A DNA stretch of 40,121 bases from an uncultured Pseudomonadales bacterium (GTDB lineage Bacteria; Patescibacteriota; Microgenomatia; UBA1400; UBA12108): positions 1 through 40,121 of the forward strand of contig CAZGNX010000002.1 in assembly GCA_964527065.1 (NCBI GenBank), written 5' to 3'. The notes under the pieces were generated by a model. The model was not told where the DNA came from. It saw only the letters and a program-made list of their open reading frames with translations, and made no database searches. Shown piece by piece: positions 6,917-13,760 of the stretch; within the stretch, counting starts at the first letter, position 1, and every line of letters starts with the position of its first letter. The position numbers were made by a program, and so were the translations under genes.

Positions 6917-7156
6917 TTAAGTGAAAATAGCTGACTCTGAGGGAGATTTGATTTTTAGTTTTTTCTCGACTTTGCGGAGTCTCTTGTCGTGCTTGTTGAC
7001 CTTGGCTTGAGTGATGGTGTGCTCTTGGTCGAGTCGGGTAAACATTTTGAGTATTTTATCGACATTGACGGCAATCTTTTCAACTGTCCCCACCAGAGGA
7101 GCTATTGCTTCATTAACAATTTTTTTGACTTGCTGTTCTTCCTGAAAATTGAGCAT
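6917..7156 (-). CDS. Small (79 aa) coiled-coil protein, paralog of 4777-5007, inserted between rplK and rplA
   Basis: MLNFQEEQQVKKIVNEAIAPLVGTVEKIAVNVDKILKMFTRLDQEHTITQAKVNKHDKRLRKVEKKLKIKSPSESAIFT. The upstream TGCTTAAATGTAATC-ATG is conserved with the other copy. Confidence 0.7.
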   Translation of the reverse strand: MLNFQEEQQVKKIVNEAIAPLVGTVEKIAVNVDKILKMFTRLDQEHTITQAKVNKHDKRLRKVEKKLKIKSPSESAIFT

Positions 7157-7202
7157 GATTACATTTAAGCAGTAGGAATTAGCGAAGTCAACGGATAATG
7201 AT

Positions 7203-7631
7203 CTATTTCTCGACTTCGACTCCCATGCTCCGTGCAGTGCCTGCGACGGAGCGCATGGCAGCGTCTAGCGAGGTGGTGTTCAAGTCAGGCAGTTTAGCCT
7301 CAGCAATTTTTTTGAGCTGTGCCTTTGTGAGCTTACCCACCTTGGTCTTGTTGGGGACACCGGAGCCGAGCTTGAGGCTGAGCTCTTGCTTGATCATCTC
7401 CGAGACTGGGGGGAGCTTGATGACAAAGGTGAAGGTACGGTCTTCGTAAATCGTGATCTCGGCAGGGGTTTTTTGGCCCTTTTTGTCCTGGGTCGCTTTG
7501 TTGTACTGGTTCACGAACTCCATGATATTGACCCCGTGCTGACCGAGGGCTGGACCGATGGGAGGCGCAGGAGTAGCGGCTCCACCCATGGGAAAAACCT
7601 TTATGATTGTTTTTACCTTCTTTTTTGCCAT
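7203..7631 (-). CDS. rplK: 50S ribosomal protein L11
   Basis: [39 protein letters not shown] is the L11 N-terminus. The 49-codon upstream extension in the ORF track overlaps nusG and is rejected. Confidence 0.95.
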   Translation of the reverse strand: MAKKKVKTIIKVFPMGGAATPAPPIGPALGQHGVNIMEFVNQYNKATQDKKGQKTPAEITIYEDRTFTFVIKLPPVSEMIKQELSLKLGSGVPNKTKVGKLTKAQLKKIAEAKLPDLNTTSLDAAMRSVAGTARSMGVEVEK

Positions 7632-7638
7632 AAGGGTA

Positions 7639-8286
7639 TTATATCTTAGATACTTGGGCAAAGTCGAGCTCCACAGGAGTCTCGCGACCAAAAATAGAGA
7701 CGAGCACACTGAGCTTGCCTTTGGTCTCGTCAATATGGTCGACCGTACCGAGGAAGTCAGAGAAAGGACCTTCGACAATTTTGACGGCCTCGCCCGCTGA
7801 GAAAGTGCTCTTGTATTTGGGCGCTTTGACTTCCATGAACTTCATGATAGTATCAACTTCGCGCTGGGGGATGGGAGTAGGGCGTTTGCCGATTGAGCCA
7901 ATAAAGGCGGTAACACCTTGGGTTGTGCGAACGGCGAGCCAAGACTGGTCGTCCACGATCATCTTTATTAGGATATAACCGGGCAAGATTTTTTCTTTAA
8001 TCGTCTTTTTCTGGCCTTTTTTGACCTGAATCTTGTCTTGGGCGGGGATGACGACTTCAAATATTTTGCCTTCCACGTTCATGCTCGCAATACGGATTTT
8101 AAGTTGTTCGGCCACCTTGAGTTCGTGACCAGAGTAGGTGTGAACGACGTACCATTTGGCCTTGGCTTCTAGTCCCTCGTTCTTTTCGTAGATGACGTGA
8201 TAGGGATTGGCTTCTTTGACTTCTGACAAGATATCTCCATCCTTGGCTTCTTCTAATCGCTCTGTGAGTGTGGCGTCGTCAGTCAT
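7639..8286 (-). CDS. nusG: Transcription termination/antitermination factor NusG
   Basis: [26 protein letters not shown]-type KOW region. The gene sits between secE and rplK. AGGAG precedes the ATG. It has an acidic N-terminal extension of about 40 aa. Confidence 0.93.
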   Translation of the reverse strand: MTDDATLTERLEEAKDGDILSEVKEANPYHVIYEKNEGLEAKAKWYVVHTYSGHELKVAEQLKIRIASMNVEGKIFEVVIPAQDKIQVKKGQKKTIKEKILPGYILIKMIVDDQSWLAVRTTQGVTAFIGSIGKRPTPIPQREVDTIMKFMEVKAPKYKSTFSAGEAVKIVEGPFSDFLGTVDHIDETKGKLSVLVSIFGRETPVELDFAQVSKI

Positions 8287-8346
8287 GGTTGATTCTCCTA
8301 ATGTATCATTACATGTTTAACTTGGGGGAACTTGTCAAGTATAGCA

Positions 8347-8526
8347 CTATTTCAGGAAGATGCCAAGCAAGTTGGTAAAGAGTAGGTCTAGACCACCTAC
8401 ATAAAGGCCGACTACGAGGGAAGCAACGAGAATTACCAGAGTAAGTTTGGTTGTTTCTGCCCTGATAGGCCACGTGACTTTGGCTAGTTCGACTCGAACT
8501 TCTTTCAAATATGCAAGCGGGTTCAT
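8347..8526 (-). CDS. secE: Preprotein translocase subunit SecE
   Basis: The 59-aa product is MNPLAYLKEVRVELAKVTWPIRAETTKLTLVILVASLVVGLYVGGLDLLF... It lies upstream of nusG. Only the last 60 codons of the 197-aa track ORF are used. Confidence 0.85.
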   Translation of the reverse strand: MNPLAYLKEVRVELAKVTWPIRAETTKLTLVILVASLVVGLYVGGLDLLFTNLLGIFLK

Positions 8527-8566
8527 GTCTGCTATTGTAGCAGAACTTTGTGCTAAACTAACTGTT
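8527..8566. promoter_or_regulatory. 40-bp divergent intergenic region with back-to-back extended -10 promoters for secE and frr
   Basis: On the minus strand, TGCTACAAT (8534-8542) is followed by 7 nt and the secE ATG. On the plus strand, TGCTAAACT (8551-8559) is followed by 7 nt and the frr ATG. Neither gene has a Shine-Dalgarno. Confidence 0.55.
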
Positions 8567-9124
8567 ATGAGTGAAGCGATTCTGAAGAATTTGACCGATA
8601 GACTGGGGCATACACTGGAAGTAGTAAAAAAGGATCTCTCGAGTGTGCGTACCGGACGGGCCAAATCATCACTAGTCGAAGATGTCAAAGTCGAGGCGTA
8701 CGGCACCCTCATGACTCTAAAGGAGCTGGCTACTATTACTGCCCCTGATACGACCTTGATTGTAATTGCGCCCTGGGACAAGGGTCTTGTGTCTGCAATC
8801 TCTTCAGGGATACAGAAATCGGGACTCAATATCCAGCCGATTGTGGACGGGGACCTTGTAAAAATCTCGATTCCCGCCCTCACACAGGAACGTCGACTCG
8901 AACTCGTCAAGCAGGTGCACCAAAAGATCGAGTCGGGCAAAGTGATGATCCGAGGAGTGCGAGCAGAGACTAAAGAGTCAATTGAGAGTCAAGAGGGTGG
9001 AGCTGGTATCTCTGAGGATAGTATCAAGACTTGGCTTGAATCTATGCAGAAGATTGTAGATGATTTCATGAGTAAATTAGACGAACTAGGCAAAGAAAAG
9101 GAAAAGGAGCTCATGACGCTATGA
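8567..9124 (+). CDS. frr: Ribosome recycling factor
   Basis: 185 aa. LSSVRTGRAKSSLVEDVKVEAYG..PLKELATI..PWDK..IPALTQERRLELVK is typical RRF. Confidence 0.95.
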   Translation: MSEAILKNLTDRLGHTLEVVKKDLSSVRTGRAKSSLVEDVKVEAYGTLMTLKELATITAPDTTLIVIAPWDKGLVSAISSGIQKSGLNIQPIVDGDLVKISIPALTQERRLELVKQVHQKIESGKVMIRGVRAETKESIESQEGGAGISEDSIKTWLESMQKIVDDFMSKLDELGKEKEKELMTL

Positions 9125-10017
9125 CAGTCCAAAAAGTCCGCAAAGCAGTAATACCGGCCGCTGGTTTTGGAACTCGGTTCCTTCCTCAGACCAAGGCAAT
9201 GCCCAAGGAAATGTTGCCTATTGTGGACAAGCCTGTGATCCAATATGTGGTTGAGGAACTAGTGGATGCTGGGATCAGCGATATTATTATGGTGACGGGC
9301 TATCACAAGCGGACAATCGAAGATCACTTTGACGCACCTTCAACCGATCTAATTGAAAATCTCAAGATGGGTGGGGAGAAGAAAAAAGCCCTACTAGAAT
9401 TGGTGCAGAAGATTTCTAATATGGCTAATTTTGCCTATGTACGCCAAAAGGGGCCGTATGGCAATGGCACCCCGCTCATGAACGTACGTCACCTGATAGG
9501 GGATGAGCCTTTTATCTATACCTGGAGCGACGACTTTATCGCCGCCGACCCCTCACGGTTTAAGCAACTTCTCTCCGCCTACGAAAAGTACGGCTATAGT
9601 TGTCTCGCTAGTTTGCGGGCCAAGAGTGACGCGGATTATGACCGCTACGGCTTTGCTGGTGGGACTGAGCTGGAGCCTGGCATTATAGATGCGACTAGCC
9701 TGATTGAGAAGCCAGGGAAGGCCAATGCGCCATCTGACTTGGCGACAGTTTCTGGATATTTGTTTACCCCTGATATCTTTGATTATTTGGATACCGTGCT
9801 GGCGGGACTACAGCCGGGGCAAGAGTTTTATTACAACGACGCGCTCAAGTTGATGCTTGGCGACGGCAAACATGTGTTGGCTGTCGAAATCAAGGATGGT
9901 AAGTTTTATGATACTGGAAATAAGCTTGAGTATATGAAGACGCAAGTCGAGTTTGCGCTACGTGACCCGAGTGTCAACGGGGAGTTTCGCGAGTATCTCA
10001 AAACGCTAGCGCTATAA
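9121..10017 (+). CDS. galU: UTP--glucose-1-phosphate uridylyltransferase
   Basis: KAVIPAAGFGTRFLPQTKAMPKEMLPIVDKPVIQYVVEE is the GalU signature. Its start overlaps the frr stop (ATGA). Confidence 0.9.
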   Translation: MTVQKVRKAVIPAAGFGTRFLPQTKAMPKEMLPIVDKPVIQYVVEELVDAGISDIIMVTGYHKRTIEDHFDAPSTDLIENLKMGGEKKKALLELVQKISNMANFAYVRQKGPYGNGTPLMNVRHLIGDEPFIYTWSDDFIAADPSRFKQLLSAYEKYGYSCLASLRAKSDADYDRYGFAGGTELEPGIIDATSLIEKPGKANAPSDLATVSGYLFTPDIFDYLDTVLAGLQPGQEFYYNDALKLMLGDGKHVLAVEIKDGKFYDTGNKLEYMKTQVEFALRDPSVNGEFREYLKTLAL

Positions 10018-10021
10018 TTTC

Positions 10022-10037
10022 TGGTGCTGAGGATAGG
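10022..10037 (-). repeat. 16-nt exact duplicate of the 3' end of tRNA-Tyr (CCTATCCTCAGCACCA)
   Basis: The plus-strand TGGTGCTGAGGATAGG at 10022-10037 is identical to 10180-10195, which is the T-stem 3' strand, acceptor 3' strand and CCA of tRNA-Tyr. Confidence 0.8.
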
Positions 10038-10179
10038 TATCCCAGATTGCTTTGCATCTGGATGGTCTCCCAGACATTCTGTCTGGAGCACTTCTCATGT
10101 TTCTGCGTACCTTGATGTGCGCATTCTCAGGTGCTTCGCACTTGAAGTGTGATTCTCACGATAGGTTCTCATCCTATGG

Positions 10180-10265
10180 TGGTGCTGAGGATAGGATTCG
10201 AACCTATGTAGCCGTAAGGCAGCAGATTTACAGTCTGCCCTCGTTGACCGCTTGAGTACCTCAGC
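10180..10265 (-). tRNA. tRNA-Tyr (anticodon GUA), long variable arm, CCA encoded
   Basis: The cloverleaf was folded by hand: GCTGAGG/CCTCAGC acceptor, GCAGA-CTGTAAA-TCTGC anticodon arm, ATAGG-TTCGAAT-CCTAT T arm, 86 nt. Confidence 0.9.
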
Positions 10266-10269
10266 TATA

Positions 10270-10875
10270 TTACTCTGGATTATACCCGAGTTTGGAGAGT
10301 TGTTCCATCATCCATGAGTGAAAATGTGTGTTGTAAACACCCAAAGTCATTACGCCGTATTTTGAAATATGTCTATAGCTGCCTGTACCTTGAGGAGGGA
10401 TGGGTTTGCTTAACGTAATTTGCCTAGGATTGATGTTTAGTTGAGTCGCCCAATACTGTTTTGCTTTTTCTATACTGTTGTCTTTGAAAGTTTGTAGATG
10501 GAAGTGCACTTTTGATGGCTTGATCTGACAGATCCTTATAAGAAAACGATAAAAATTCTTTATGAGTGCTGGGTCAGAATTAACGAGACGTGTGCTATGG
10601 TTGACAGTTTTGCCTCCCTCGCCCCAATACAGCCCAAGGGCTAAATAAAATAATCGAGTATCCTCCTTCGTCAACCTCTTCTTTATTGAGAAAGGCTCTC
10701 CGTCTGGATTATATTTCAGGTAATTTGCCTGTGATCTAGACCGTCTTCTAATTTTATGTATTTCCATCCAATATGCAACTTTATGAAGCGACACTTGTAG
10801 ATTTGAGGCGATATCCTGCATGGATAAGTTGTCGGCAAGATACATCTTTTTCAGAAGGTGGAGCGATAAGCTCAT
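10270..10875 (-). CDS. HTH plus single LAGLIDADG-like motif protein (homing-endonuclease fold), filling the inter-tRNA spacer
   Basis: 201 codons. It has an N-terminal HTH (LSMQDIASNLQVSLHKVAYWM) and a LAGLIDADG-like helix (YLALGLYWGEGGK) followed by a compatible beta-rich region. The ATG lies 5 nt after tRNA-Thr and the stop lies 4 nt before tRNA-Tyr. The first 21 codons of the track ORF are tRNA sequence and are rejected. Confidence 0.65.
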   Translation of the reverse strand: MSLSLHLLKKMYLADNLSMQDIASNLQVSLHKVAYWMEIHKIRRRSRSQANYLKYNPDGEPFSIKKRLTKEDTRLFYLALGLYWGEGGKTVNHSTRLVNSDPALIKNFYRFLIRICQIKPSKVHFHLQTFKDNSIEKAKQYWATQLNINPRQITLSKPIPPQGTGSYRHISKYGVMTLGVYNTHFHSWMMEQLSKLGYNPE

Positions 10876-10880
10876 ATTTG

Positions 10881-10953
10881 AGCCAAGATCGGGGATCGAA
10901 CCCGAGACCTTCCCCTTACCATGGGGATGCTCTACCAACTGAGCTATCTTGGC
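10881..10953 (-). tRNA. tRNA-Thr (anticodon GGU)
   Basis: The cloverleaf was folded by hand: GCCAAGA/TCTTGGC acceptor, GCTC-AGTTGGTA-GAGC D arm, TCCCC-ATGGTAA-GGGGA anticodon arm, TCGGG-TTCGATC-CCCGA T arm, 73 nt. No CCA is encoded. Confidence 0.9.
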
Positions 10954-11188
10954 AATCTAGATTATTATCTCACAACCAGCAAATTTCTGTAAGTAGATAT
11001 ACAATCAAATGCCCCACAGAGCGGGGCTCACGAAGAAGCTTTCCCCGGATTCAACCAGGTGGGTGAGTTGCTCCGCATCTATCAAGAAGCGGGGACGGAC
11101 TCTCCCGTAAAGCTACCATATGGAGGAAAAAATTCCTCGCAGTGTCCCATTTCTGTAGGGCAAATCTACCTTAGCATATAATTGGGCC

Positions 11189-12724
11189 ATGAACAAGAAT
11201 CAGTGGAGTGAGGGGGTGGTACTAAGTAGTCAACGCTTTAGGAGGGGGTACGGCAAGTCGCAGGCGAACGTAAGTTCGTTTGACACCCGTCTGCGGGTGA
11301 GAGTTTTGTGGGGGGTTTATGTTGTTGTAGTAGCCATCATCACCGCCAAGATCCTCTATCTCCAGACTATCGATCACCAGTCCCAACAGTTGAGTGCCTA
11401 TTCTAACCATGTCGAGATGCAGAGGCAGTTAGCGGAGCGAGGCAAGATCCTCGATAGACGAGACATCGAGCTTGCCCCCACAAAGGCTAACGCACCTGTT
11501 GTGGGCTATTTGGCAGAAGTTGTATCAGAGGAGGTAGGTTGTTTTGAGGGTCTGTGTTACTCACCAGGCATGATGATAGGACGCGCTGGTATACACAAGA
11601 GTCAGGAGGCACGATTGAGGGGACAGGATGGTGGCAGGCTGATAGAGGTTGATGCAACAGGTAGAGAGGTCAGAGAACTTGGGAGCAATAGTGCAGAGCG
11701 TGGTAGTGATGTCGAGCTCACGATAGATAGCCGTTTACAAGCGTCCATGTATGAGGCTCTTGCCTCTTCCCGGGGAGCCGCAGTGGCGCTAGACTTGCAA
11801 GGTAAGGTCCTGGGGTTGGTCTCATCCCCTGCATATGATCCCACCAATCTCCCTGTATATCTACAAGATTCAGACGAACTATACTTCCTCAATCGAGCAA
11901 TTTCTGGAACTTATCCACCTGGATCGGTGTTTAAACTAGTAACAGCGCTGGCTGGTCTTGCACAAGGCAAAATAACGAGTGAGACCCAATATGAAGATTC
12001 AGGTGAAATTAGGGTTGGTGAGTATAGGTACGGTAATTGGTACTTTGACCAATATGGCAAAACTGAAGGTAGCCTAGATGTTGTACGTGCCCTCTCCAGA
12101 TCTAATGATATTTACTTTTACCGAGTGGGGGAGGCAATGGGAGTGGATGCTCTCGTTAAATGGGCGCGCAGGTTTGGGCTCGGGGAGAAAACAGGAATTG
12201 AACTTGCCGGAGAGGTAAGCGGGTTTGTCCCTGATCGACTGTGGAAAGAGCGAAAAATGGGAGAAAAGTGGTTTTTAGGTAACACCTATCATTTGGCAAT
12301 AGGTCAGGGCGATCTCTTGGTGACACCAGCTCAGGTGGCGCGCATGACACTGGCAGCAGTATCTGGGAGGTTGTGCCAGCTCTCTGTGCTAAGAGACAAA
12401 GAAATTGCATGTTCTGACCTTGGTCTCTCGAGCGAGGATATCTCACTTGTGCGCGAGGGAATGCGTCAAGCTTGTTCCACAGGCGGAACGGCTTTTCCTT
12501 TTTTTGATTTTGAACCCTGGATTTTGTGTAAAACGGGGACAGCCCAGCACTCGGGGCAAAAAGAAGAAGAGGACAAACCCCATGCGTGGATTACGGTCGC
12601 ATATCCTGGGGAGAATCCCGAGTTGATACTTACTGTCATGCTCGAGGCTGCAGGGGAGGGATCGGCGGAGGCGGGACCCGTTGCAAAGACGATACTTGAG
12701 AGGTGGAACGAGTTGGGCAAGTAG
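11189..12724 (+). CDS. Penicillin-binding protein 2 / FtsI-class transpeptidase
   Basis: It has an N-terminal TM anchor and the three transpeptidase motifs: SxxK (PGSVFKLV), SxN (SRSNDIY) and KTG (KTGTAQ). Confidence 0.9.
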   Translation: MNKNQWSEGVVLSSQRFRRGYGKSQANVSSFDTRLRVRVLWGVYVVVVAIITAKILYLQTIDHQSQQLSAYSNHVEMQRQLAERGKILDRRDIELAPTKANAPVVGYLAEVVSEEVGCFEGLCYSPGMMIGRAGIHKSQEARLRGQDGGRLIEVDATGREVRELGSNSAERGSDVELTIDSRLQASMYEALASSRGAAVALDLQGKVLGLVSSPAYDPTNLPVYLQDSDELYFLNRAISGTYPPGSVFKLVTALAGLAQGKITSETQYEDSGEIRVGEYRYGNWYFDQYGKTEGSLDVVRALSRSNDIYFYRVGEAMGVDALVKWARRFGLGEKTGIELAGEVSGFVPDRLWKERKMGEKWFLGNTYHLAIGQGDLLVTPAQVARMTLAAVSGRLCQLSVLRDKEIACSDLGLSSEDISLVREGMRQACSTGGTAFPFFDFEPWILCKTGTAQHSGQKEEEDKPHAWITVAYPGENPELILTVMLEAAGEGSAEAGPVAKTILERWNELGK

Positions 12725-12726
12725 TG

Positions 12727-12799
12727 AGCCACCTCAGGGGATCGAACCCAGGACCTACGCTTTACAAAAGCGCCGCTCTACCAACTGAGCTAAGGTGGC
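12727..12799 (-). tRNA. tRNA-Thr (anticodon UGU)
   Basis: Folded by hand: GCCACCT/AGGTGGC acceptor, GCTC-AGTTGGTA-GAGC D arm, GCGCT-TTTGTAA-AGCGT anticodon arm, and a T arm with one U-U mismatch. 73 nt. Its 3' end lies 2 nt from the convergent PBP stop. Confidence 0.85.
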
Positions 12800-12822
12800 T
12801 TGTAAGTGATTTTACCAGAGAA

Positions 12823-13452
12823 TTACGATTGAGGCGCGGGTGCAACTGCCGGCGCTGCATCAGTAGAGACTGCAGATTTGAGGGAATCTAGCTCCTTTTG
12901 GATCTCTGCGAGGGCGGCTTCGTCACCTGTTGCCACAGTCAAAGAACCTGCGGTACCCGACATGGCAGGCGTGGTAGTGGAGGTGGGTGCAGGATTTTCA
13001 GGAGTTGTGACAGGAGCTGGAGTTGGCCCGCCTAGACTCGGCGAGGCTGGCAGTGGTGGCAAGTCAAGCGGAGGGACGGCAAGGGGAGGTAGCGATGAGG
13101 GTGGTGGGGTCGAGGGAGTAGTAGGTGCTACTGGAGGAGTAGGCAAAGGAGGTAAGTCCACTGGGGGCAACGCTGGTGCAGGGGCGGTTGAGGTACTGGG
13201 AGAAGCTGGCATGGCGGGTGCGGCAGGTGCAGATCCACCTAACTTGGTGATGGTTTCGTCGGCGAGCTTCATCCGGCGCTCGGTGGCTTTTTGGAAGATC
13301 TCGAGTTCTTTGGTGATCGTGGGGAAGACTTTGGGGAGGTCGGGGTCGGATGTGTTGTTGACGATGTCGATGAGATTGATCTTGATCGGCTCACGCAAAG
13401 GTGAGTCAATCAACAAATTGATGAGTGATTGCTTATTTAATTGGTCGGGCAT
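12823..13452 (-). CDS. Proline-rich hypothetical protein
   Basis: It has a non-repetitive N-terminal ~75 aa, then an Ala/Pro/Thr-rich low-complexity region, then a C-terminal helix. A canonical promoter is present: TTGACA-N18-TACAGT-N7-ATG. Confidence 0.6.
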   Translation of the reverse strand: MPDQLNKQSLINLLIDSPLREPIKINLIDIVNNTSDPDLPKVFPTITKELEIFQKATERRMKLADETITKLGGSAPAAPAMPASPSTSTAPAPALPPVDLPPLPTPPVAPTTPSTPPPSSLPPLAVPPLDLPPLPASPSLGGPTPAPVTTPENPAPTSTTTPAMSGTAGSLTVATGDEAALAEIQKELDSLKSAVSTDAAPAVAPAPQS

Positions 13453-13580
13453 TACTTACACTGTACACGTTAAATTGGATTCATGTCAACTAGACTTTAG
13501 TACCCGTAAGTTCTAACGACTCGATATCTTCATGATTTGGCAGTTGCAGTCTGACCAACCTCTGGGTTACAATACCAATC

Positions 13581-13760
13581 ATGGCAAAAGGGAAAAAAGG
13601 ACCACGACAGCGGTTTGGGCTCAAGTGCAGTGTGTGCAAGAGTTTTAACTATATTACAACCCGGAACAAACTCAATACGGTGGAGAAGTTGTCACTGTCT
13701 AAGTATTGTCCGACCTGCAAGAAACACCAAATCCACAAAGAAGCGAAAAAGTTAAAGTAA
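13581..13760 (+). CDS. rpmG: 50S ribosomal protein L33
   Basis: This 59-aa ORF is absent from the ORF track. MAKGKKGPRQRFGLKCSVCKSFNYITTRNKLNTVEKLSLSKYCPTCKKHQIHKEAKKLK has the L33 CxxC..CxxC pattern. The promoter is TTGCAG-N18-TACAAT-N7-ATG. Confidence 0.9.
   Translation: MAKGKKGPRQRFGLKCSVCKSFNYITTRNKLNTVEKLSLSKYCPTCKKHQIHKEAKKLK

Noticed and set aside
8527-8940. N-terminal 138 codons of the 197-aa minus-strand ORF ending at secE
   Set aside because: This part is antisense to frr and does not resemble SecE. SecE starts at the ATG at 8526, which is preceded by TGCTACAAT-N7.
10876-10938. First 21 codons of the 222-aa track ORF
   Set aside because: These codons are the reverse-complement reading of tRNA-Thr(GGU). 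The ORF is taken from the ATG at 10875.
12878-13516. 212-aa Gly-rich plus-strand ORF
   Set aside because: It is the antisense mirror of the Pro-rich minus-strand ORF. The minus-strand version has a canonical promoter (TTGACA-N18-TACAGT-N7-ATG) and a non-repetitive N-terminal domain. The plus-strand ORF has no start signals.
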